A stretch of 64,000 nucleotides of DNA from Selaginella moellendorffii (Eukaryota; Plantae; Lycopodiophyta). Where the stretch lies: NCBI RefSeq assembly GCF_000143415.4, contig NW_003314294.1, forward strand, positions 546,692 through 610,691, read 5' to 3'. The stretch's first letter is position 1. Each line of letters opens with the position of its first letter. Below the pieces are notes generated by a model. The model was not told the origin of the DNA, ran no database searches, and saw only the letters and a program-made list of their open reading frames with translations. Of the stretch, positions 1-10,331 are shown in pieces. The position numbers were made by a program, and so were the translations under genes.

Positions 1-26
1 TTAAGGAGACTTCCGCTCGTTCTCAA

Positions 27-2769
27 GTGGATTCAGATTATTTTGGAAAGGCACACCAGGCACAAGCTGTGTTTATGGAGCAGGTTGGTGACAAGCGACA
101 TGAGTTAATGGTGGGACACCAACTCACCAAGGAGGTGGAAGATTATCGTCAACTATTTTTGGAGTTTCGAGATGTGTTTGCATGGAGCTATGCTGAACTC
201 GCTGGAGTAGATCCAGAGCTGGTGCAACATAGGATTCCCTTGCTTCCATATGCAGTGCCACAACAACAAAGAGCTTATAAAATGAATCCAAGCTATGCTA
301 AGGCTGTGCATGAAGAGCTTCAGAAGCTATTAGATGCAGGATTTATTGAAGAGGTGGAGACTACAGATTGGCTTTCGCCAATCGTAGTGGTCCGGAAGAA
401 GAATGGTAAGCTTAGAGTGTGCGTGGATTATCGTCGCCTTAATGCTGCAACAAGGCGGGATGGATTTCCTCTTCCCTTCACAGATGTGGTGTTGGATGGG
501 GTCGTAGGGAAAGTTTTATGGATGGTTATAATGGATATAACCAGATCCAAGTGGCTCCTGAGGATCAAGCAAAGATGGCATTCGTTACAGAGTGGGACAG
601 CACTCTGTCTGGAGTGGGACAGCACAGAGTTTGGTATTTCTCTTAATCCTGGGAAGTGCCAATTCAGAGTAACACATGGTGTGTTGCTTGGTAGGGTCGT
701 CTTGGCTCGAGGCTTGGAGGTAGATCCTGCAAAAGTGAACGTAGTGGAGGAGCTTGAGGCACCACAGACCGTGAAGGAGCTACAAGCTTTTCTCGGCCAT
801 GTTGGTTATCACCGACGCTTTATCTGGCATTATGTCGATGTAGCTTTTCCTTTGACAGGCCTCTTGAAAAAGAACATTCCTTTTGCGTGGACCCCTGAGT
901 GCCAAGCTTCCTTTATACAGTTGAATTGAACCTTGACGACCGCTCCAATTCTTAAGCCGCTAGACTGGAATTTGAAATTCCATGTGCATGTTGACACCTC
1001 AACTTTTGCTATTGGTGTTGTTTTATGCCAGCCAGTTAATGGTTGGGATCAACCCATCTTTTATTCGAGTAGGCAGTTATCTCTGGTTGAGAAGAATTAT
1101 ACAGCCACTGAACACGAGGGCTTGGGAATGGTGTTTGCTGTTTCCAAATATTGCCACTATCTGTTGGGAAAGCCATTTCTCTTCTATCTAGATCACCAGA
1201 CGCTACACTATCTTGTCAACAAGCCCTGTTGACATGGCTGAATCACTTGCTAGTTGCTTCTGCTTCAAGAATTCGAATTCAAGATCGTGTTGAAGCCGGG
1301 AAAATCTCATGTGATGCCTGATCATCTTTCGAGATTACCAGAAGAACCCACCAGGGAAGGAGTTTATGATGAGCTGCTCATGCTCCTCTTTTCTTATTGG
1401 AGGGCGGGTAGGTTTCTGCAGAAATTCCAGATGCATTCTCAACTCAATCAGAAGCAGAGGAGCTGCTGTTATACCAAGTTGTAGTAGCTATGTTGGAGTG
1501 GTATCAGGGTATCGCAGAATTTCTTGCTGCTGGCAGATTTCTTGATGATATGCCAAACATGGCACAGAAAAAGCTTCTATACCAGTCACAAGCTTTCACC
1601 CTGATTGCTAGCCAACTTTATAGGGAGGGAAGAGATGGTGTTTTGATGTGCTGTATTCTTCCTCATGAGGTGCAGTAGGTGATTGGCTCTTGCCATGATT
1701 CTCCCTACAGTGGGCATTATGCAACAGCAACAACTATACGGCTTGTGCTCCAAACTGGTTATTGGTGGCCAATGCTTCAGTAGGATGTGGCAAAGTTTGT
1801 GAGAAGTTGTGATCCATGCTAGCGTGTTGGGCGTCCTACTCGATGAGATGCAATGCTGTTACATCTGATTATTCCAACTCTACCTTTTGAGAAGTGGGGA
1901 ACTGACTTCATGGGGCTGTTCAAGCCTACGTGACATCACTAGGATCATTATATCTTGATCTGCACGGATTATGTGACCAAGTGGGTGGAAGCTGAGGCTT
2001 TTACTGAGGATATGGCCAAGAAGGTAGCAAGATTCCTCTACAAAAATATCATCATGCGCTTCGACTGCCCACTTGAGCTTGTGAGTGATCAAGGTATGCA
2101 TTTTATTAATGCGGTTATTATAGCTCTCATAGCCAAGTATGGCATTTCCCATCAACGTTCAACACCATATCATCCAAGAGCAAACAACCAAGTTGAGAGA
2201 ACCAATATGACACTATGCAACACCATGACTAAACTTTGCAACACAAGTGCTAGCAACTGGGATACCAAGCTTCTTGATGCACTATGGGCTTACAGGGTTG
2301 CCTACAAGGTAACTACACAGTTCTCACCATTCCAATTGGTTTATGGCCAGGAGGCAATCCTTCCTCTTGAGTTGGAATTTCCTTCTTTACGGACAGCAGT
2401 AGCTCACAATTATGACTAGGATGGAGCTGTTCAGCAGTGACTGGAGCAATTGGAGAAGCTAAATGAGACTCACCTCCTTGCTTTCCAAGCTTGTGAAGCT
2501 TTCCAACATGAACACAAGTGGTATGACCATCATTTATGAGCTAAGAGTTTTCAAGAAGGAGATCTCATATTGTTGTATAAGAGCAAGTACTAGAAGCTTC
2601 CAGGAAAGCTTAAAATCTGCTGAATTGGGCCTTATCACGTGAAGGTTATGAATATTAATGGCTCAGTCAAGCTGGAGGATTTTGCTAGTAATCCTTTGCC
2701 CACACTTGTGAACGGAGCTTGACTACAGCACTATCAAGTTTCATTTGGAGAGGAGTGTTCTGAGGACTG
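27..2769 (+). mobile_element. Degenerate Ty3/gypsy LTR-retrotransposon pol (RT, RNase H, integrase), non-chromovirus-like
   Basis: RT motifs SPIVVVRKKNGKLRVCVDYRRLN and FLGHVGYHRRFI; RNase H FHVHVDTSTFAIGVVL..EKNYTATEHEGL; integrase DYVTKWVEAEA, LVSDQGMHF, STPYHPRANNQVE, FSPFQLVYG; GPY motif near 2625. Many stops and frameshifts; the RT YxDD region is deleted. Confidence 0.95.
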
Positions 2770-3252
2770 AGCACAATTGTTGCCCGGGTGATGTTCGAGG
2801 GCTAGAGCCAGCTCAAGAATAAGACTTGGTCAAAGTCAAGGGTTTTTTCCTTCTTTTCTTGGTTATAGTGGGGGAATAAGGGAATATTCAGCTAGAAATA
2901 GGGTGTGTCTAATTTCTGGATATAACATGTGTGTAAAAGGAAGGGAGTGAAATAAAAGAGAAGGTTCTTGGAAGGATGCTTCGTCCAACAGCCTTGGAGC
3001 GCATGGAGCGGAGGTTGGTGGTGCAGCAGTGACTACAGTTCTTTGAGGAGTGCATCACAGCGAGAATCACTCAAGATCAACCAATATGTGTGAGTTGTCT
3101 GACTTATGGGTAGCCCTGGGTTAGGATGTTGGCAAAGGTTCTAGTAGAGGTCACCAACGAGGCTAGAGACGAGGCTAGGCAGATGTGATTCTCCACGTCG
3201 CTGGTGTGCCATCGCAAGGAGCAACAATACACTCCTGCCGCTGCAGGACACT

Positions 3253-3924
3253 GTGCTTGAGGGGAGGATGACAGTTGCGCTGGATCTGGACACGTCAATT
3301 CTGCTGCACCAGCGGAGCCAATGTGATTTCAAGGTGAGAGATAATTGCAGTCGCAAGTGCATCAAGAAGCAACTGCATCTCGACGAGTTCCTGGACGCCC
3401 TGGCGCTGTTTGCCAAGGTTGTGCTCTTCAGCTCAGCCCCCTATGCAGCTTGCGTTGTCAAGCAGCTGGATCCTCGCGGGACTCACTTCCAGTACGTTCT
3501 TGGCCTGAGTGATTGCATGCTGTGGCACGACACCCGCCTCGGCAAGGAGGCGCTGTTCAAGGATCTGGCCATCCTCGGCAGGGACTTGCACAAGGTTGTG
3601 CTGGTGGACGACGACCCTGGCTTCTTTTGCCAACCTGGGAGTGGCAACGAGATTGTGATTGGGAAGTTCACTGGGCAGAGGAGCGATGACGAGCTTCTCA
3701 AGCTACTTCCTGTGTTGCAGTCTCTGGCACAGCTCGACGACGTGAGACCTGCTGTGCGCACTTATCAGCAGCCTCAAGCACAAGGTAATAATAGTTCACT
3801 TGTTCTCGATCTAAAAGCTTCAATGGTGTTGGTTTTCTACGTAGTTGTGAGAGGTCAAGGCCTGAAGAGGACGTTGCGAATGACTACAGAGGACAAGTAT
3901 TCGAGGAAGTTGTTTTCATGTTAA
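3253..3924 (+). pseudogene. FCP1/SCP (NIF) family HAD phosphatase copy 1, 5'-truncated by gypsy sequence
   Basis: MTVALDLDTS, LDEFLDALA, VLFSSAPYA, KDLAILGRDLHKVVLVDDDP, DDELLKLLPVLQSLAQLDDVRP. The DxDxT motif is altered by a deletion relative to the other copies (DLDNT). Confidence 0.85.
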
Positions 3925-3999
3925 GGTTTGGTGAAGTTGACGATAAGACTTGTATTCGTTTATAAGTTGACTCAATGCGACGTGGGGTTTCTTATTTGA

Positions 4000-4234
4000 T
4001 CCATTTGATGCAGAAGGAAACAAACCCGGAAGTGGGTATATCCAAAAGGTGGCAGCAAGAGACATCATGACCATCGTCGCGTGTGAAGGGCTGGATCGAA
4101 CGGACACGTATCGCATCTGGGATGCTCGGGTGAAGCGAGCAGGCTTCGAAGGGGTGGCAGTGACGGAGGAGATTTACGAGAAAGTGAGTGGCGCCTGCGC
4201 GAGCAGGAACAAGGAAGTTAAAGAAAGAATGTAG
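4000..4234 (+). pseudogene. GRAS-B C-terminal fragment
   Basis: AARDIMTIVACEGLDR..YRIWDARVKRAGFEGV matches the C-terminal part of the GRAS at 25983-27389. Confidence 0.85.
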
Positions 4235-4255
4235 CTGGTTACAGGCACAGGGTGG

Positions 4256-4362
4256 ATGACTGGTGTTTGAAGCGCGCTAGCTTCTCAATCGGCTTCCAGA
4301 CGCTCAAAGCATTCAAAACTACGTCTTTCTCGTCCATTCAAGCAAGTCAAGTTCTCGCAAAA
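4256..4362 (-). pseudogene. 3' remnant of inverted GRAS-A
   Basis: Reverse complement matches the GRAS-A end (LNALSVW.PIEKL.RFKHQ); same junction as at 15850. Confidence 0.75.
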
Positions 4363-4755
4363 CGACTGTGATCAGGAAAACAAAAGCCACTAGGCCTAGT
4401 TATATAGAGACGAACCAGCATGATATTTCAAAGTGTTAATCAGGTAACTGGCGGTTATTTGGATTTTGCATGAAAAACAATGTTTGCACTTAACAATTAG
4501 TGGTGTAAAAATAATGTGCAATCACATCATGTTTTTATTTCATATATTTCACATTTTTTTCCAGGCTAGTATTTGAGAGTCAAGGTCTTTAATATACTTC
4601 CGAGAAGCATGGTTTGATCGTGAAGGATTGCGAGCGACGCAACCGTCAGATTTTGGAATCCTTGATTCTAATCGTACGACTGTGGCTCGGCGGAGCTGCC
4701 TTTTAAGCCGTGGTGGAGAGAGCGAGCTAGGATTTTGGAGCGCGACACCGACCAA

Positions 4756-6040
4756 ATGGCGTGGGGGAGCGCTCTGTGGAGGCGCGTCAAGGTGTTCCGG
4801 GTAGCATTGCAGGTCTTCTTGGATTACAGGGTGCGTATCTCTTGCTTTTCGAGAGCTTGCGAGTGATCCACCGGTCGAAAATTTCCAGGCCGCACGCAAG
4901 GAGGCCGTTGGATTGCCCAAGGAGGATCAGAACCTGCTGTGGGATCGCATCCATCACAGGAATGCCGAGCGCATTTTGGCGGCGATCACCGAATTGGAGG
5001 GACTGTGGGTGAAATTTGGGCAGTATTTATCCACTCGAGCGGATGTTCTTCCGGAAGCTTACATCTCCATGTTTCGCCAGCTCCAGGACTCCGTATTACA
5101 GGTTCTACATTTTAACACCTTTTAGAGGTATTTGTAGCGTAGAGACTTAATTCTCATGCCAGCCATTGATCGGGATTCGCTTGTCCAGGACTTGTACAAT
5201 GCACGAGTGATTGTTGAGTGGGTCGCATGGGCGGAGCCTGATTACGATTTCGGCCCTGTTCTAGACGAATGGTGCAGAGAAGTTCCCCAAGAGTTGAATT
5301 TCAACCAGGAAGCGGGTATGAACATTTCCATGCATGCTTTGTTTTTCATTTCCTTCAACTACTTCTACTTTTCTGCTTCTCCAGAAAACACCAAGAAAGT
5401 AGCACACAACCTCAAATCATGGACCAAAGACGGTACCATCAGTATCGATCCTGTTGATGTGCTTCTACCTGAAGTCGTTAACCAAGCTGCTGTAACTCGA
5501 GTTTTGTTGTTTGTTGTTAACAGTCAGCCGAGAAAGTCTTGATTCTCACGTACATGGATGGAGTTCGCATAAATGATGTGGCTGGCCTTGATAGACTAGG
5601 CGTGGACAAGCAAGCTGCTGTCGAAACTATCACCCGGGCATACGCTCACCAGATATATATCGACGGATTTTTTAATGCCGATCCTCATCCTGGCGAGTGA
5701 ACTGAAACTAATTCCTAAAATGCTAACATCTTTTCGTGAACAGGGAATTTTCTAATAAGTACTCAACCACCTTTCCGACCAATTTTACTTCACTTCGGGC
5801 TCACAAAGTCCATTTCATTGCCTTTTAGGCAGTCACTGGCGAAGATGCTTCTTGCTGCTGCCGAGGTACGTCGAAAACAAAACAATGTGTGCTAACACTG
5901 CTTTGTGTAGGGAGATTATTCTGCTTTGTTGTCCGCATTTTCGGAGATGGGGCTTGTTCTGAAGCTGGACATGCCAGAAGAGGCGATGGAAATCACCAAC
6001 TTTTTTTTCCGTCGTTCCTTGCCGGCTGAGGAATCTGTGG
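4756..6040 (+). pseudogene. Partial duplicate of the ABC1 kinase gene (5' half, internal deletions)
   Basis: Near-identical to 10332-11970 including introns; lacks ~10667-11000 (with the VVVKVQH exon); DFG changed to HFG; no beta-lactamase half. Confidence 0.9.
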
Positions 6041-6054
6041 TAAGGTTGTTTTGT

Positions 6055-6225
6055 TCTTCCGCATTATCTGCTAGAGGTCCATGGTCTCTGCCATTCTTCC
6101 AACCTTCCCGTAGAGATCGATCATGGCACTGTACGTAACTCTGTCAAAAGAAACCCCGGTTTCACAAAGCCGGTGGAACCAGGCCATGGCATCCTTAGCT
6201 CAACCGCAACACTTGGAACAGCTAA
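6055..6225 (-). pseudogene. PPR-gene relic fragment upstream of GRAS-A copy 1
   Basis: Matches 23825-23997 and 19145-19305. Confidence 0.65.
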
Positions 6226-6716
6226 CAAAGATGCTGAAGTTGTCCACTCCCTTATATTAAACCCTTGTTTTTAGTAAAGAACTTTACCACTGTGTTCTAA
6301 TATACATCCACCCATACCAAGTATACATCCCCTCTTGCGGACTTTCCCTTTGTCTTTTATCTCTGTAGCAAAATAAACTAGTCCACCAAATCTCCTCCTT
6401 TTCAATTCTCAATTATATTGTTTAAAGACTTTTTAATCTTAATTAAAAATTTTATTTTACATTAGTGGAAAATGCTCTCTCCAAAACTACCACTATAGAA
6501 CAAGGTTGTGGGGAATGGGTTTTCGGTGCAATTAGTAGGGACAACAATCTATATGCATTGTGGTGTCTTAATTTGGACGATGACAGCTTATCTAATCCTA
6601 TGACAGCGTACAACTGATGAATGTTATAGCTGTGATACCTGCTATGCTTAGTCACTCGGAGGGAAATATAAACATCTATTCTACTACATTCGACATAAAG
6701 ATAACAGCTATTACAA

Positions 6717-8150
6717 ATGGACAGCGATCTATGCTTGCAATTGCGAGCCGCTTTGCTGCGCCATCAAATCCCTCTCGAGCCAGTCCAGGCTCAAATCTCT
6801 TCCCAGCAGCATCACTCCCTCTTTGATCGCTCGCGGCTCGACTATCTCACCAGAATTCTGGAAGAAAACGATGAGGAGCTCCTCCTCCAGCTGCCACAAC
6901 AACAGCAAACCTCTTACCAGGTACTGCTCCGCGAGCTCACGGAATGTCTCTCCCCCAATTCTTGTGCTAGCAGTTCCTTGTCAATGGACACCGCCTCTCC
7001 TCCTCATTTTCCCTCGCGCACCTCCACCGTCTCCTTCCACAGCTTGCTCATGGACTGCGCCCGAGCCGTAGCTGCCAACAATTCCACCAAAGTCAATGAG
7101 CTCGTGAGAGAGATCAGAACTTTAGCCTCACATCAGTCGCGTCCGGTGGAGAAGGCCGCGCTCTACTTCACCAACGCGCTCGTCGCGAGGCTGGCCGGGT
7201 GTGGAGCTCGGATGTACGCCGCGATGCACCAGAACGTGACGAGGATGCAGAGTATCTCCATCCGGATGAATCTTCCCAGCCTCCGGGCCACGGAGCGCTT
7301 CGCCAACCAGATGATCCTCGATGCCTGCCGTGGTGCCAAGCGTGTCCATATCGTCGACTATGGGATCCTCTACGGCGACCAGTGGCCATCGCTCATCAAG
7401 GCGCTGTCCGAGAGAGCCGAGGGGCCGCCACTGTTCAAGATCACAGGCATTGACTTCCCGTCCCTTGTCAACCTCGAGAAAACTGGAAACCGGCTGGTCG
7501 ACTACGCAGAGTCGTGTGGGATGCACCTCGAGTTCCACTCCATCGCCACCGCGGCGTGGGAGTCAGCGCAGCCGCGATACCATCTCTTCAGCGAGCTTCT
7601 CTTCGTCAACTGCCAGCTGAGGATGCGGCACATCCGCGAGGACGGGATCATCGACAGCCCCCGGAAGCTCTTCTTCGAGAAGATCCTCAGCTTCAAGCCT
7701 GTTATGTTTTTCCAGTCCGTGGTGCACGCTGACATCGGCTCTCCGTTTTTCATCCACCGCTTCGACGGGGCCTGGAGGAGCTTCCTGGCGAGGCTGGAGT
7801 CGTTCGAGGAGACGATGAAGCTCGGATTGATCGACCAGTCGCAGCTCGACTTCATGGATAAGTTCATCGAGAAGTGCGCCATGGGTGTCATTGCCTGTGA
7901 CGGGCAGAACCGTGTGGAGCGTATCTCCTCGTACAAAACCTGGGATCGCCTGGCTCGGAAAGGCCAGTTCGGACAGCTTCCAGTCAGCAAACGAGCGCTC
8001 GAGATGGTCATGTCCGTTTGGAGCGGACACGAGAACTTCACGTACGGAATGGACGAGAACTGGCTGCTGCTTGGCTGGAAAGACGCAGTCTTGAATGCTT
8101 TGAGCGTCTGGGAGCCCATTGAGAAGCTACCGCGCTTCAAACACCAGTGA
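6717..8150 (+). CDS. GRAS transcription regulator, LISCL/SCL14-like (GRAS-A copy 1), intronless, 477 aa
   Basis: LLMDCARAVA, VHIVDYGILYGDQWPSLIKALSER..GPP..KITGID, FFIHRF, IACDGQNRVER..SYKTW, WLLLGWK..LNALSVW; LISCL-type N-terminal LDYLTRILEE. Confidence 0.95.
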   Translation: MDSDLCLQLRAALLRHQIPLEPVQAQISSQQHHSLFDRSRLDYLTRILEENDEELLLQLPQQQQTSYQVLLRELTECLSPNSCASSSLSMDTASPPHFPSRTSTVSFHSLLMDCARAVAANNSTKVNELVREIRTLASHQSRPVEKAALYFTNALVARLAGCGARMYAAMHQNVTRMQSISIRMNLPSLRATERFANQMILDACRGAKRVHIVDYGILYGDQWPSLIKALSERAEGPPLFKITGIDFPSLVNLEKTGNRLVDYAESCGMHLEFHSIATAAWESAQPRYHLFSELLFVNCQLRMRHIREDGIIDSPRKLFFEKILSFKPVMFFQSVVHADIGSPFFIHRFDGAWRSFLARLESFEETMKLGLIDQSQLDFMDKFIEKCAMGVIACDGQNRVERISSYKTWDRLARKGQFGQLPVSKRALEMVMSVWSGHENFTYGMDENWLLLGWKDAVLNALSVWEPIEKLPRFKHQ

Positions 8151-8274
8151 TCCACCCTGTACCTACATTCTTTCTCTAACTTCTTTGTTCCTGATCGTGT
8201 CCTTCCTGTAAGGAGACTATTTAAATGTCTTCAAAGAACACTCAAGAGGCACTTACCTTGTCACGGAAGTTCTC

Positions 8275-8600
8275 AAGTCCATCGCTATAGAACCTGAAAC
8301 ATACCAGCCACTTGTAGGACACGCTTTGGTCGTCAAGCACTCATCACGTAGAGCACTGTGTCCTTCCACCCCAGCAACATCCAGTTTCCATCTCTTCCGA
8401 AGCCGAAGTACGGGTTCCTGAAATTTCCACAAGCGCTCCTCTTCTCGCTTTGCCCGAGCATCCCAGACGCGATACGAGGCCGCTCTCTCCACTCGATCGA
8501 GCCCTTCGCACGCGACGATGTTCATGATATCTCTTGCGGCCACCTTTTGGATAAATCCGTGCTCTTCCGGCTTTCCTTCTGCCACCGCTTCAAAGTACTC
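8275..8600 (-). pseudogene. GRAS-B 3' fragment with internal deletion, convergent with GRAS-A copy 1
   Basis: Matches 25975-26343. Confidence 0.9.
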
Positions 8601-9212
8601 GCTCGGGCAAGTGTCAGGTGACTCGTCTGCTCGGAGATCGGGATCCCATGTCCACTGGCGATGGACCAGTGATAGATGGTCCAGTGGATCAAATAGTAGA
8701 AGCCCTAAATGTTGCATGGGAAGTAAATCGAATCAACTTATAAAACGAAAACAAGTCTTGGCCTTACGGTGGTCAATGCTGATCTATCATGAAACTCGAA
8801 CCTCTATAGCCATTCGCCACGCCTCTTCAGCCCGTTGGTCAAGAATAATTTTTAGAAATACTTCTAGGTTTTTAACCCCTAAACCTTGGCCACAAATAAC
8901 TGGCGGATTTTGCATGCTATAATCCCTCCAAAAGCTAACATCATTGCCATACCTACAAAATCAAATGTCATGTATGCAGCGCTGCTTCATGTGGGAATCC
9001 AGATCCTAAAAGCCTTTTTAATCTAAGTGAAGCTTGCCTGCTTTAAAAACCTAAAAGAATAGTCTTGGCACATCTATGGGAGGACCTGAATTAGACGGAA
9101 CGCTCTCGAGCTAAGCAACCAGGAGCAGCGCCGGTGGCTGCTTGAAAACTCTGCCATCATTGATTACTCAGGCTGACTCAGGGAACTGCTAGAATGCAAG
9201 ACCTACGGAATG
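8601..9212 (+). repeat. Duplicated ABC1/beta-lactamase 3' end, 3' flank and phosphatase 5' fragment
   Basis: Matches 13971-14780 and 21536-22152. Confidence 0.85.
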
Positions 9213-10331
9213 GCACCACTTTGTGCGCGGGAATGGTGACTTGATACTCCGATTGCCTTTTAGACGTTAATGTCTTGTGTGAAGCTCCGGGGGCTTGTGA
9301 TGGTGACGCTCTCCGTGCGTGCGAGGCTGACGGTCATGGTGGCCACCACAGCCATGCGCGACCACCACCACTGCGAGAAGATAGCGCACTCCAAAGATGG
9401 ACTGGTGACTATGAAATGGGCATCAGGTCATCTGTAGTTGTAGCTTTGAATACATTCTCCCTTCTGGTGTACTGGCGATTTGTAGAAATGGCAGGCCTGA
9501 TGCTGCTCCTCAGTTTGATCGGGGCGAATCATGATCTTGAGTTTTGTTCATGCGCAGCGAAGGTGCCATTGCTAGCCCAGTGCTGAAGATAGATTCTCCA
9601 TGGCCAATAGTCCTCCACTTTGCCAACTTATACTGGGATTTTGTATGGAGAGACGATGATTCAAGCCAACTTGAAGGGTGTGTTGAAGGGGTAGTTTTGA
9701 CAATAAACATCTCTAACGTTTGGAACGGTGACAAGCAAGTTTAGATCTGGATAGAAAGTTTAGCATTCGAGCGTAGCAATAAGATCGATTTACAACAGCA
9801 AGTACGGAGGAAATTGTAAATAAAATTGAAGTGTCAACCTCATTTTCTTGATTTTCTTTTCATTTTTTCAATTTTTTTTTTCACAGAAAAAGGTTGTTCT
9901 AGTTTCCACAGACAATACGACTGTGACCAGTAAAACAAAAGCCACTAGGCCTAGGTATATAGAGACGAACCAACATGATATTTCAAAGTGTTAATCAGGT
10001 AACTGGCGGTTATTTGGATTTTGCATGAAAAACAATGTTTGCACTTAACAATTGGTGGTGTAAAAATAATGTGCAATCACATCATGTTTTTATTTCATAT
10101 ATTTCACATTTTCCAGGCTAGTATTTGTCAACTTTTAGAGTCAAGGTCTTTAATGATACTTCCAAGAAGCATGGTTGCTTTTGCGAGCGACGGAACCGTC
10201 AGATTTTGGAATCGTTGATTCTAATCGTACGACTGTGGCTCGGCGGAGCGGCCTTTTAAGCCGGCATTTTCGGACATGGCGATCGCAGTGGTGGAGAGCG
10301 AGCTAGGGTTTTGGAGCGCGACACCGACCAA

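Noticed and set aside
7502-8155. Long antisense/alternative-frame ORFs over the GRAS genes (217, 155, 136 aa, repeated in each copy)
   Set aside because: Shadows of GC-rich coding sequence; they recur only because the copies are near-identical.
8253-8717. 154-aa chimeric ORF (antisense ABC1 tail plus GRAS-B tail)
   Set aside because: Non-ATG start, frameshifted, and not preserved in the sister junction at 21.5 kb.
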